From NCBI RefSeq assembly GCF_004010195.1, contig NC_057758.1, positions 917,998 to 981,997 of the forward strand: a stretch of 64,000 nucleotides of DNA, given 5' to 3'. The notes under the pieces are model-generated. The model did no database searches. It was not told the DNA's origin and worked only from the letters and a program-made list of their open reading frames with translations. Shown one piece after another: positions 24,440-37,495 of the stretch. The DNA is from Chiloscyllium plagiosum (Eukaryota). Every line of letters starts with the position of its first letter. Positions within the stretch are counted from its first letter, which is position 1. A program made the translations under genes and the position numbers.

Positions 24440-26430
24440 AATCTCCGAGCACAATCCTACCACACATCTGTTTCATGTTCGAACACAACACTTTCACCAG
24501 TTCTGCATTTGAACATACAGAGTCGCCATGGGAACGAAACTGCATCCCGATATGCACAATTTCGAACAAGATTTCTTTGCTGCACAGTACTATACATCAG
24601 TTACATTTCTTCCTCTGAACCCATGATGAGGAGTCACTGCAGTAACTACACAGAGATATCAACACGTTTCATCCCAGTATCAGACTTACCATCGAGTACT
24701 CTTCAGTATCTGTCTCATTTGTGTCCATACGCATCTCTGTCAAGGACGGGCACCTTAGTACTTCACTCTACTGCAAACCGGTAGATAACCTGATGCTGCT
24801 GCACGTCTCTAGGTTCCACAATAAACATATTAAAACAGCCGTCCCCTGCAGACAAGGCCTGCACGTATACAGGATCTATTCAGATGACGAGGAACGTGAC
24901 AGATAACTAAAGGGGCTGAAGGACGCCCTCACAGGGCACGATGCACACCTCATCCTTCGCCAGTTCTGACGTATCACAGCGTGAAAGTGTAATGAACTCC
25001 GCAAGCGACAGATGTGGGATGCGACCGATTTGGTACACTTAATTGTCCAGTGCTTCCTGGGAGTTCAGAAACAACGTTATGCTCTTCACAGCCTGGAAAC
25101 ATATTATTGTTGAAGATGAGCACTTCTTCAAGGCCGTCCTACGCCTCTGCTTCTCCACCTAAAACAACCCCCAATCCTTAAACAGATCATTATTCGCAGA
25201 AAACTGCCCAACCTTCAGGGCAACATCCACCACTACATCGTTCAACCCTGCCAAGTTGTCCGCTGCAACTCGTGTTAGAGTGTCGACACGGATACTATCA
25301 TTACACATGCGGACATCACTCAGCATGTATGTGATAGGTATTCGTGTGACTCTGGCGACATTGTCTATCTCATACACTGCAGGCATGGCTGCCATGAGGC
25401 ACGGTGCATTGGCTAGACCAAGCAGACACTACAGCAACATATGAATGGACTGTGCATACCAATCGCCAGAGAGGGACATACCCACCCAATCAGTGATCAC
25501 TACAGAGGACAGGGATATTCGGCCTCGGATCTTCGGCTCAGCATTCTAAAGGTGGACTTCTGGATATGCAACAAGGCAGAGGGCCAAACAGAGGCTTATA
25601 GCCAAGTGTTGTAACGTTGAAGATGGCCTAAATCAGAATGTTAGATTCATGTCACACGACAGGTGACCCCATGGAGACTCATAAACACAGTCACTCAAAC
25701 ATATACACATGCATGGACACTTTTATATAATCACACAAACTCCAGCGGATGCTCTCTCTGAGTCAGATACACTAAGCACCCTGGGAGGCACAGGTGCGCA
25801 AGCACGCACTCACACTCACATGCAGACACTCATATCACGCACTCACAATATCTCTCTCATACACATCCAGACATACGCACACAAATGCACAGACACATAT
25901 AAATCTACGTGGTGATACTGAATTTGCAAAATTGTAATTGCGGATGCATTCTATTTTGTTAAAAATGCATACAATCTACAGGCAGTCAATGCAAGCAATC
26001 TATCCATGTGGCGTGGTATAAATTTCTACTTTAGAAATAGGACCAGTCTGACTCAAGATTGGAATACAGAGTCAGACAGAGTCAGACCTCACACCAGTTA
26101 ACTGTTCTTTTGTAAAAGCTTAAGTTATCTCGAGAATGTGAGATGAAAGAAGTTCTAGGATTTCCATATTAATGAACAGAAACTTGCAAATCATTCTAAA
26201 AGATGACAGACTTGAGGACAGCAAATGAGGTTAGTTCAATAGATCGTACCAGTTGCATACATAACACGGTGTTGCTTAGCTTTCAATTCTTTGCCGTATG
26301 ATCCTGAGCCACAAATATCTCATGGAGGAGCAGCGCTCAGAAAGCTGCTACTTCGAAGTAAACATCTTGTACTATAAACTGATGTTGTGTAATTTTTAAC
26401 TGTGTTCACTCAAGTCCAACATCAGCACCA
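24440..26430 (+). mobile_element. Penelope-like retroelement (RT thumb, GIY-YIG endonuclease, 3' UTR), degraded
   Basis: Reads LSTSLYCKPVDNL..., YRIYSDDEERD, YSCDSGDIVYLIHCRHGCHEARCIG*TKQTLQQHMNG; CA tract 25680-25900; degenerate terminus 26320-26430. Confidence 0.8.
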
Positions 26431-27499
26431 CTACTTAAATGTATGAGTTACCATATTACTTCTAAATATTGAAATAAGGCACCGACCCTAGACTATGCGA
26501 ATTAATGACATCTCAAGAAGTATAGTTTGAATTAATGCTTTGAAGAAGGTGAACGAATGAAGTTTTTCCTTGAAAAGAAATGTGAATAAATCTTTGAGAC
26601 TAATACATTATGTTTTCTGTCCAAAAAGAAAAATCATCAGTGCATGTGATAAATGTTTTGCAGTTGCCGAGAAGCACTTACAATATTGAAAGCACATCCA
26701 CAATGAAGTTTGAACAGGAATCAAACTTGTTGACCCAAGTCCAGTTCCGTCAAGCGGCACGAATTTAACGTTATGGCTGTTATGAATTTTCTGACTAACA
26801 AAGGGAAATGAGCAGTGTGTTTGTCACACATGTTTAGGAGGGCAGTAGTCTTTATGGCTTGGATGTTGAGAACGTTCCTGGTGGTCAGAGATCTAAACGA
26901 AACAAATCAGAATTATGTGAGCGAAGACCAGTAAACCAGAATACCGCATGTGGATGGTAGAATGTGTTGCGAGAATACGATTGGCTAAAGGCATAAATGC
27001 TATGTTGAAAATGAAGTCCAAGTTAGGTGTTTTAACTACCTGGAGTTAGTTGTGGGAGAATATAAAGTGTATTTGTTCTTCATTCATGGGTTGAGGTTGT
27101 CACTGACTGGGCCAGCATTTATCACCCATCGCCAATTACCCAAAATGTACTTGCGGTTCCAAAGTTCAGGAAATTGAAGTGACACAATGGATCAACTCTG
27201 GTTTATTGAATCGGGACAGTGGCGACTTTTGTGGTCGTATATTGTCGCTGAAATGAATGACCAAAGTACTTTTGCAACCCGACTTTATTGTTTAGTGCAT
27301 AAATTTGGACAACAAGAGAATGCGAGGGTAAACGAAGTAACTTGATCTTTGAAGCAGAGGATATGGATAAGATCCAAAATGAATAATTTGCATGCATCCA
27401 GGAGATGAATATGGAGGATGCTGAGATTTGTTTGGAACATACTAACATGCAGATAGGGCAGTGACATAATGTAGTAAATCTATCGGGAATGTTTCGCAC

Positions 27500-30296
27500 G
27501 CGATGAAACAAAGGGATCAGTTAAAGTGTGTCTGCTTTAACGGAAATAGTGTCAGAAACAAGAGTGGTGAACATAGAGCATGGATCGGTACATGGGTCTA
27601 CGATGTTATGGCCATAACGGAGAAGTGGGTTTCACGGGGGCACGAATTGTTGCTTGATGTTCCAGGATTTAGAACGTTTAAGAAGAGGAGGGTGGGTTGA
27701 AAATAGTGGAGGGGGTTTAACATTGCTAATCAGAGCGTCCATCACAGCTACAGAAACGGAGGTTGTTGAGGAAAGTTTGTCGACTGAGTCAGTATCGGTG
27801 GAAGTTAGGAACAGAAAGGGAACAGCCACCGCATTGGGGGTTATCTACAGACCACATAATAGCAGTAGAGAGATTGAATAACTCATTGACGGGCAGATTG
27901 TGGAAAAATGGAGATGTAGCACGGTTATTGTTTTGGGTGATTTCAACTTTCCCAATATCGATTGGAACCTACAAAGTGCAGATGGTTTGGATGGAACCGT
28001 TTTTGTCAGGTGTGTTCAGGAAGGTGTCCTAACGCAGTCTGTAGACAGACCGACGAAGGGAGAGGCCATTTTTGGATATCGTTCTCGGCAATGAGCCAGG
28101 ACAGGTGTCAGATCTAGCGGTGGGAAAACACTTTAGTGACCGTGATCACAACTGCCTCACATTTACCATAGCCTTGGAGATGGAAAGGAACAGTTACCAA
28201 GGGAAGATATTCAACTGGGGAAAAGGATATTATGACGCTACCAGACAGGAGTTGGGATTTACAGACTGGGAGCAATTGGAGACTATTTAAGGAGCAGTTG
28301 TTGCGAGTGATGCACGCATTTATATCTCTGAGACAGGTGAGAATGGTCAAGATTAAAGAACCTTGGATGACAAGAACAGAGGAGATTATAGTCAAAAAGA
28401 AGAAGGCAGTTTACATAAGTTGGAGGAAGCAAGGATCTCGGAGAGCTTTGGAGGAGTACCAGCTTGCTCGAAAAGAGCTCAGAAATGGATTGAGGAGAGC
28501 CAGGAGGGGCACGAAGAATAAGGGAGAACGCAAATGCATTTTACTCATACGTGAGGAATAAGAAACTGATATTGGAGAAGTCGATAGTAGTCATGATTCG
28601 GAGATGCCGGTGTTGGACTGGGGTGTACAAAGTTAAAAATCACACAACACCAGGTCATACCATATTTATACTAAGCTGCTCTGGGAAGCGAGATAGGAGG
28701 TTGCTAAGCCGCTGCTGAGGATCGTTTCCTCCTCACTTGCCACGGGAGTCGAACCAGAGGATTGGAAGGAGGCAAATGTAGCTCCTCTTTTTAAGAACGA
28801 CAATAGGGAAATCCCTGGCAAATACAGACCAGTCAGTCTTGCGTCTGTGATCGGATTTATGACTCTTTGGCAAAGCATAGTGTGATTAAAGGCAGTCAGC
28901 ATGGCCTTGTGAGGGGCAGGTCATGCCGTCCAAATCTCATTGAGTTCTTTGAGGAGGTGACAAGACAGGTCGACGAAGGCGAGCTGTGAATGTGGTGTAC
29001 ATGGACGTGTGCAAGGCATTTGGTAAGGTTTCTCATGGTAGGCTCATTCATAAAGTCCGGAAGTATAGGATACCGGGAGATTTTTCTATCTGGATTCAGA
29101 ACTGGTTTGCTGACAGAAGGCAGAGAGTTTTTATGGATGGAAAGTATTCTGCCAGGAGGACAGTCATCAGTGGGGTCCCACAGAGCTTTGTTCTTGGGCC
29201 TTTGCTCCTTTTCGTTTTTATATATATCTTGGATGAGGAGGTTGCGGGGTGGGGTTCGTAAATTTGCAGATGGCACGAAAGTTGGAGGTGCTGTTGATAG
29301 TATCGCGTGCTATTTCAGGCTAAAAATCACACAACACCAGGTTATAGTCCAACAGGTTTAATTGGAAGCACACTCGCTTTCGGAGCGACGCTCCTTCATC
29401 ACGTGTGCTTCCAATTAAACCTGTTGGACTATAACCTGGTGTTATGTGATTTTTAACTTTGTACACCCCAGTACAACACCAGCATCTCCGAATCATATTT
29501 CAGACTATCACGTGACATGGACAGGATGCAGAGCTCGGCTGAGAAATGGTACGTGCGAAGTGATGCATTTTGGAAGGTCTAAATCAAATGCTGAATATAG
29601 GATTAAATACAGGATTCTTGGCAGGGGGGGGGGGGGGGGGGGTGGAATAGAGGGACATGGATGTGGAAATACATAGATCCATCAAAGTTGCCACCCAAGT
29701 GGATAAGGTTGTTAAGAAAGTTTTGGCTTTCATTAACAGGGGGATCGAGTTTAAAAGCTGCGAGAATTGCTACAATTCTACAAGTCCCTGGTGAGACCAC
29801 ACGTGGAATATTGTGTCCAGTTCTGGTCGCCCTACTATAGGAAAGATACAGAGGCTTTGGAGAGAGTGCAAAGAAGGTTTACCAGGATGCTGCCTGGACT
29901 GGAGGGATTGGATTATGAAGAAAGTTTGAATAAGCTCGGACCTTTCTATCTGAAGATAAGGAGGAAGAGAGGAGACCTGATCGAGGTACACACGTTTCTG
30001 ACCGGATGGACAGAGTCAATAGCCAGAGACATTTCCTCAGTGCAGGATGCACTGGTACGAGGGGTCATAGGTTTGAGATAGTAGGAGAAAGTTATAGAGG
30101 AGAGTCAGAGGTAGTTTTCTTTACGCAGCCAGTTGGTAGTGGAAGCAGCGTCATTAGGGATATTTAAGCGACTGTTGGAAATGCGCATGGATAGCAGTAA
30201 TTTGAGGGATGTGTAAATTAATTTATTATGTTTTACGTTAGGATTAAACCTCGGCATAACGTCGTGGACCGAAGGGTCTGTTCTCTACTGTACTTT
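27500..30296 (+). mobile_element. CR1 LINE ORF2 (APE endonuclease and RT) with internal deletion and nested insertions
   Basis: LKCVCFNGNSVRNK..WIGTW.YDVMAITEKW, GDFNFPNIDW, GVPQSFVLGPLL, KFADGTKV, EYCVQFWSPYYRKD. Confidence 0.9.
29323..29495. mobile_element. Fold-back Penelope-terminus mini-element with hammerhead motif and 12-bp TSD
   Basis: Inverted arms 29323-29373 and 29403-29455; TSD TATTTCAG(G/A)CTA; minus strand UGAUGA A GGAGC GUC GCUCC GAAA. Confidence 0.85.

Positions 30297-30358
<62 letters not shown>
30297..30358 (+). repeat. (TCTA)n microsatellite at the LINE tail
   Basis: About 15 perfect units. Confidence 0.95.
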
Positions 30359-30514
30359 AATGGTGGCTCACAGTCCCAGTAAACCTGTTTTGAATCCTGC
30401 CTTAGGCGACTGTCGATGTGGAGTTTTGAGATGGGGTGTGCGTGAGCGTATGAGTGTGTGAGACATTGAATGTGGTCTTGTGTGAGCATGTGAGACAGAG
30501 AGAAAAAAAGTGCA

Positions 30515-30705
30515 TCGTGTAGTGGAGTCACCTGTAGTGTGACATAAACGCAAGGTCCAGCTGGAGGCATCCCCATGGCGACCGAATTTGTCTATGTGCT
30601 TCTGCTTGCCCACTCTGCTTTGTTGTGTATACTAACGTCTGCCTTGGAGGATGGTTAATTGAAGATCCAAGTGCAATTGTCCCTGAGCGTTGACGTATTC
30701 CCTAC
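30515..30705 (-). mobile_element. Penelope endonuclease C-terminal fragment
   Basis: Reverse-complement similarity to 25490-25680. Confidence 0.55.
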
Positions 30706-30709
30706 CAGA

Positions 30710-31195
30710 ATGGAAGCTTTGGAAAGGGTGCAGAGGAGATTTACTAGATGTTGCCTGGTATGGAGGGAAGATCTGACGAGGAAAGGCTGAAGGAGTTGAG
30801 ACAGTTTTCGTTAGAGAGAAGAAGGTTGAGAGTTGACTTAATAGAGACAAAAATAATAATAAGAGTGTTAGATAGGGTGGACAGGGAGAGCCTTTTTCCC
30901 CGAATGGTGACGGCGAGCACGAGGGGGCATAGCTTTAAATTGAGGGGAGATAGATATAGGACAGATATCAGAGGTAGTTTCTTTACTCAGAGAGTAGTAA
31001 GGGTATGGAATGTCGTGCGTGTAACGGTAGTAGATTCGCCAACTTTATGTATATTTAAGTAGTCATTGGATAACCATATGGACATACATGGAAAAGTGCA
31101 TGTTAAATCGGCTTCAGATTGGTATGACAGGTCAGTACAACATCGAAGGCCGAAGGGCCTGTACTGTGCTGTAATGTTCTGTGTTCTATATTCTA
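30710..31195 (+). mobile_element. CR1 3' end
   Basis: ORF 30748-31062 MLPGMEGRS...TRGHSFKLRGDRYRTDIRGSFFTQRVV plus tail. Confidence 0.85.
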
Positions 31196-31487
31196 ATTAT
31201 TTCTAACTCTTTCTTGATAACTTTCGATCTTTTTTCCCTTAACGTCTTTCTATGGCAGTTAATTTCACAGGTAGAAAGTTTTGAGGGTGTAGAAATATTT
31301 CCTCATCTCAGTCCGAAGTAGCCTACCGGCTATCCTTGGACTGTCAATGTTGGTTCTGATATGCCCAGTCCTCTTGCATATCGCTTGTCTACTGCTGTTA
31401 TCTCCCATGATTAGTGTAGGGATGGGGAAGACTGATCCACTTGATGAATCGATATGACGTTCTTCGTCCATGTTCCTGCATGTTTGT

Positions 31488-31759
31488 GGGCGGCACGGTG
31501 GCACACTGGTTAGCACTGCTGCCTCACAGCGCCAGAGACCCAGGTTTAATTCCCGCCTCAGGCGACTGACTGTGTGGAGTTTGCATGTTCTCCCCGTGTC
31601 TGCGTGGGTGTGCTCCGGTTTCCTTCCACAGTCCAAAGATGTGCAGGTCAGGTGAAAGGCGTAAATGTAGGGGTATGGGTGGGTTGCGCTTCGGCGGGGC
31701 GGTGTGGACTTGTTGGGCCGAAGGGCCTGTTTCCACACTGTAAGTAATCTAATCTAATC
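31488..31759 (+). mobile_element. HE1-like SINE
   Basis: A/B boxes and (TAATC)n tail. Confidence 0.9.
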
Positions 31760-33711
31760 CTGGTGAGTCATTATACATGCGAAGTTGTTTTGATTTTTCC
31801 TTTGAATTATTATTCTCACATATACCGAGGTGCACTGAGTGATTAAACAGAGTGATTAAACAGAGCAAACAATATAATACTATAGCAGCAGACAAGGTGC
31901 ACAAAGGTTGAGATCAACATCAAATTTAAAATTTTAGTGTTCCATTTCGACGTCCAATGACAAGGGTAAGAAACCATTCTTGAATCTGTTGTTTCGTGTG
32001 TTTAAGCTCTTNNNNNNNNNNNNNNNNNNNNNNNNNNNNNNNNNNNNNNNNNNNNNNNNNNNNNNNNNNNNNNNNNNNNNNNNNNNNNNNNNNNNNNNNN
32101 NNNNNNNNNNNNNNNNNNNNNNNNNNNNNNNNNNNNNNNNNNNNNNNNNNNNNNNNNNNNNNNNNNNNNNNNNNNNNNNNNNNNNNNNNNNNNNNNNNNN
32201 NNNNNNNNNNNNNNNNNNNNNNNNNNNNNNNNNNNNNNNNNNNNNNNNNNNNNNNNNNNNNNNNNNNNNNNNNNNNNNNNNNNNNNNNNNNNNNNNNNNN
32301 NNNNNNNNNNNNNNNNNNNNNNNNNNNNNNNNNNNNNNNNNNNNNNNNNNNNNNNNNNNNNNNNNNNNNNNNNNNNNNNNNNNNNNNNNNNNNNNNNNNN
32401 NNNNNNNNNNNNNNNNNNNNNNNNNNNNNNNNNNNNNNNNNNNNNNNNNNNNNNNNNNNNNNNNNNNNNNNNNNNNNNNNNNNNNNNNNNNNNNNNNNNN
32501 NNNNNNNNNNNGCATCCATTGTGTGCTTTCGAAATAATGCTGTTAAATTTTAATGTGTATTTTTAAATTAGGACGGTATATTGTTGTCGAGTTGGAGGCA
32601 GTTAACTAACATTTAAGAGAAAGAGGGGTTTAGAGTTCTGATTAGTTGTTTTTCACTGTTCACTGAGAGTGTTATGGAATAGATTGAAACTATTTTATTT
32701 AAATAGAGTAATTGAAGAATTCTCTGTCACTCATATCTTAACACATTACGAGCTTTTCTGGGCGTTGGTTCAATTAACAGAAGCGTTCACGGAATTGACA
32801 AAGAAGTTTGGGGGCTCGAGCCCGTGACTTCGGAGGGTTTGTATAGAGTTTGTTTGGCTGAGATCTGTCCAGTCTGCGACTTGGACAGATTTGAATAGAT
32901 GTGAATGTCCTAGATATTTAACTAAAGCACAGATGCGGCCATTTATTAAATTTTCGTTACTTCTGGTGACTAGAAGTAGTAGGAGAAGTACGAGAAGTAG
33001 TACTCGTTCCGTTACTAAATTAGGAGTAAAACAAATGGATCTTAAAATTGCGAAAGAGGTTATGGGATTTGAAGATGATTCTGAAACTTGCCAGGAACGT
33101 TTAGAAAGACAGAGAAAGGCCATACGTTTCGAATTTGCAACTAGTTTAGATGATGTTTAACCACGGACGAATATAAAGCTGAAATGATCAGTGAGTTAGT
33201 GTGTCAGAGAAACAGACAAGCACTTAAGTGTGTCAAAGAAACAGACAAGTGTAATAGATTTCTAAAAATGTAATCTACAAGAGAAGAAAATGGAGTTGGC
33301 AGATAAAGATAATGGAAAGAGAAGGAGAGAAAGAGAAAGAGAAAGAATGAGAAAGAAAAAAGGGAAAAAAGAGTGACAGACGAAGAGGAAAGACAGATAA
33401 AGATCTTAGCTGAGCAACGAGAGAGAGAGAAGGAAGAGAGGGAGAAACAGAGAGGAAGAGGGAGAGAAGAAAGAGAAAGGGAGAGAGAATTTGAACTTCC
33501 ATTGCGAATTAGTCAAGAAAGACAATTTAACAGTATGAAGATGACGTGAGAGGGTAGTGGTATGTAAAACTATGTTCAAACAGTGCCACAGTTTGATGAG
33601 AAAGATTTGGAAGCCTTCTTCATTTCAAATATTGACTAGACATATGGAGTGGTCAGCTGACTTATGAGCAATGATAGTTCAGACTAAGCTGATACATAGA
33701 ACTACTTAAGT

Positions 33712-34080
33712 ACAAAAGAACAAAGAACAAAGAAATTTTACAGGACGGGAACAGGCCCTTCAGCCCTCCATGTCTGAGCCGATCAAAATCTACTGTCTTA
33801 AGCTGTCGCTCAATTCCTAAGTATCTGTATCCCTCCGCTCCCCACCTACTCATGCATCGCTCCAGTTGCATCTTAAATGCATCTATTATGACTGCCTCTA
33901 CTACCTCTGCTGTTCCAGACATCCACCTTCCTCTGTGTAAAGTACTTGCCGCGCGTATCTGCCTTAAACGTTTCATCTCTCACCTTGAAAGCGTGACCTC
34001 TCGTTAGTGAATCCTTCACCCTCGGAAAACGTTTATCTCTATCTACTCTGTCTATACCCTTCATGCTTTTGTAAACCTCA
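33712..34080 (-). mobile_element. CR1 3' end inserted in Gypsy gag
   Basis: Minus strand FPRVKDSLTRGHAFKVR; (TTCTTTG)n tail at 33712-33735. Confidence 0.8.
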
Positions 34081-34295
34081 TGATTTGGAGATGCCGGTGT
34101 TCGACTGGGATGTACAAAGTTAAAAATCACACAACACCAGGTTATCATCCAACAGGTTTAATTGGAAGAACACTAGCTTTTGGAGACACTGCATGAATGT
34201 ATGTCAAACTCTGTTATCTCACTTTTTATATTATAATCAATCTAAACATCAGGTCATAGACAGGGAACACAGGGGGCTAACACCTTCAACATATT

Positions 34296-34503
34296 AGATA
34301 TGGAAATGTGTTGCTGGAAATGCGCAGCAGGTCAGGCAGCATCTAGGGAACAGGAGAATCGACGTTTCGGGCATTAGCCCTTCTTCAGGGCTAACGCCCG
34401 AAACGTCGATTCTCCTGTTCCCTAGATGCTGCCTGACCTGCTGCGCTTTTCCAGCAACACATTTCCATCTCTGATCTCCAGGATCTGCAGACCTCACTTT
34501 CTC
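34296..34503. mobile_element. Fold-back Penelope-terminus mini-element with hammerhead core and 15-bp TSD
   Basis: Near-perfect palindrome 34300-34468; TSD CACCTTCA(A/G)CATATT at 34281-34295 and 34504-34518; minus strand CUGAAGA A GGGC UAAU GCCC GAAA CGUC. Confidence 0.9.
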
Positions 34504-34727
34504 CACCTTCAGCATATTGGCTAGCTATCACCATTGTTAACAGCTAACCCGAGAATGCAACTTTAAAAAAAGGGTTTTGTGATTTACACACGCAAGAAGT
34601 GAAACTATCACTGTATTCTAACAATTAAAAGGCTTAACAGACAATCAATTCTTCAATGTATAATTTCAGTTACATCACACTGCAAATTTTACTATAGATT
34701 CTGTATTACGATCGAGCCCTCCACAAT

Positions 34728-34757
34728 CACCTGATGAAGGAGCTCCGAAAGCTAGTG
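34728..34757 (+). ncRNA. Minimal hammerhead ribozyme motif
   Basis: CAC CUGAUGA A GGA GC UCC GAAA GCUA GUG: stem I CAC/GUG, shortened stem II, palindromic AGCU, CUA cleavage triplet. Confidence 0.6.
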
Positions 34758-36519
34758 TGCTGGTGTTGTGTGATTTTTAACTTTGTAAACCTCAATCAAT
34801 ATAACTTAGTGGAACACAAAAAAATGACAATGCCGATGGTTTAAGAAAGGCTCTTCGAAAAGCTGTTTTCACTGCCAAAAGGTGGAACACGTAAAATCAA
34901 AACGCTGATCTTTAAAGAAACGTACTGCGGGAAAAGATGTTGTAAAAGAGGTTCACACAATGGTATTAGTCAAAGTTGGAAAGGAAACTCCAAGAAAAGT
35001 CGAGAAGCTGCAGGAGAGGGCACAGACTGGGCAGGCAATCAGTTTGGACACAGTGCCTGGTCTCTCAAAGACTGCACCTCTGTGGGTAACGTTTACTCAG
35101 AAAGAACGGGGGAGAAGGGAAAGAAGTTGTTATTTACAGAGAAACAGAATAAAATGATTCTCTAAAAGTAACAGATGGACTTATTTNNNNNNNNNNNNNN
35201 NNNNNNNNNNNNNNNNNNNNNNNNNNNNNNNNNNNNNNNNNNNNNNNNNNNNNNNNNNNNNNNNNNNNNNNNNNNNNNNNNNNNNNNNNNNNNNNNNNNN
35301 NNNNNNNNNNNNNNNNNNNNNNNNNNNNNNNNNNNNNNNNNNNNNNNNNNNNNNNNNNNNNNNNNNNNNNNNNNNNNNNNNNNNNNNNNNNNNNNNNNNN
35401 NNNNNNNNNNNNNNNNNNNNNNNNNNNNNNNNNNNNNNNNNNNNNNNNNNNNNNNNNNNNNNNNNNNNNNNNNNNNNNNNNNNNNNNNNNNNNNNNNNNN
35501 NNNNNNNNNNNNNNNNNNNNNNNNNNNNNNNNNNNNNNNNNNNNNNNNNNNNTCTACTCCGAAAAGGAGTCAGAATGTATTCCTGAGGATTCTTATCCTA
35601 AGACCAATGGCTTCTTAGTTTAGAGGTGACATAGGCAGAAGGGCAGCAGATTGTGTTGCCGGTGACATGCGGACAGGAAGTGTTATGGGTAGCACATGAT
35701 TTATTAGTAGGAGGTAATCGAAGTGTAAGGAAGACTCAGGTGAAGGTAAAATAAAATTCCAATGGCCTGGACTGCCATAAATGTTATACGTGCCAAATGG
35801 ATGATAAGCCACACGCAGTAATAAAACCAACATCTTTCCTGCCAATTCCCACATTCGAAGAACCTTTCACGTGGGTGATGAATCATTGTGCAGGCCTCCT
35901 TCCCAAAACTATACTTGAGAAAAACAAATCTGCTGACCATATTGAATGTGTCTTCCAGATTTCTATGAGGCAATTCTATTACGGAACATTAAAGGGAAAA
36001 GGGTTGTGGAGGAGTTCGTAGCTTTTTTTTATGCGGTAAGGGCAATCCCGAAAAGTTCAATCAGGCCAACGGTCCATTAAACTGAGCTGTTTAAGGAAAT
36101 CGTGGATAGCTTGGGCGTATAGCATTTTAAAGAAGTGCGTCATATCCTCAATCCCAAGGAGCTTTAGAAAGGTGGCATCTTTAAAACTCGGAATATTTCC
36201 TCGGGGATGATGTGCTAATTTTGTTACTAATGGTAGGAGATCCCTTTCGTCCAGATTCAGTGGGCCCTATGAAATTGAGAACAAATGAAGTCAGGTGAGC
36301 TATCTGGTAACGTTGCTGGATAGGGAGAACATTTTTTAAAAAAAGCTATCAGGCATGTGGTATGAATATCTTGAAACGATATTATAATACAGAGAAAGAA
36401 CTGAAGAAACAAGTGTTACTCACTGCACCGAAGAATGAGAAATGAAATCCAGACGTCCTGAAGTTTCATGTGTTTCAATATACGATAAACAACGAGTAAG
36501 TCCTTGATGAGTGGGATAG

Positions 36520-37495
36520 GATAGTGAACTGTCTATCTCAGGAGCAAAGAACAGAGTTGAAAGATTTGTTGCAGCAGTACGAGGACTAATGCAGAATTAA
36601 ATGGGAAGGAGTAGTGCTCTTGGATATCTGGGCTAGATATCGGGAATGTCGTTCCTTTAAAACAGAACCCTTGCAGGCTTAATCCTTTCAAAGTCATACA
36701 GCTCCAGAAGGAAGTGAATGCTCTCCTCAATGAAGATATCATTGAACAGAGTCAGAGAGAGTGGAGTTCGCTGCTCATGCAAGTTCACAAACCAGAGGAG
36801 ACTCAATTATTTTGTATGAGGGCCTCAGGGAAGGTCAACGTTGAACAGTATCGGACTCATACCCAATGCCAAGAATGGAGGACCGTGCAGAGAAATTCGG
36901 ACAAGCCAGATAAATCACCATTTTGAACAATTTGCGTGGTTATTGGCAGACAAGTTTATCAGAGAAAGCGAAATAAATTTCTGTGTTTGGAAGTCTAAAT
37001 CAGCTTTGATAGTGAACTGTCTATCTCAGGAGCAAAGAACAGAGTTGAAAGATTTGTTGCAGCAGTACGAGGACTAATGCAGAATTAAATGGGAAGGAGT
37101 AGTGCTCTTGGATATCGGGGCTAGATATCGGGAATGTCGTTCCTTTAAAACAGAACCCTTGCAGGCTTAATCCTTTCAAAGTCATACAGCTCCAGAAGGA
37201 AGTGAATGCTCTACTTAATGAAGATATCATTGAACAGAGTCAGAGAGAGTGGAGTTCGCTGCTCATGCAAGTTCACAAACCAGAGGAGACTCAATTATTT
37301 TGTGTGAGGGCCTCAGGGAAGATCAACGTTGAACAGTATCGGACTCATACCCAATGCCAAGAATGGAGGACCGTGCAGAGAAATTCGGACAAGCCAGATA
37401 AATCACCATTTTGAACAATTTGCGTGGTTATTGGCAGACACGTTTATCAGAGAAAGCGAAATAAATTTCTGTGTTTGGAAGTCTAAATCAGCTTT
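36520..37495 (+). repeat. Tandem duplication, 2 x 488 bp, within Gypsy RT
   Basis: Units start GATAGTGAACTGTC at 36520 and 37008 and differ by a handful of SNPs. Confidence 0.95.

Larger units (their letters stand above)
34081..34790. mobile_element. Penelope-like insertion with inverted termini
   Basis: Inverted terminus 34081-34190; direct terminus with hammerhead motif 34728-34787; TTTGTAAACCTCA repeated on both flanks. Confidence 0.75.

Noticed and set aside
31926..32553. Long poly-X ORFs here and at about 35.2, 56.5, 60.5 and 62.3 kb
   Set aside because: Artefacts of N gaps.
33275..33502. Hydrophobic Leu/Ser/Phe ORF resembling a membrane protein (also 41471-42029)
   Set aside because: Antisense of GA-rich low-complexity sequence; at 33.3 kb this is the Gypsy gag coiled-coil region.
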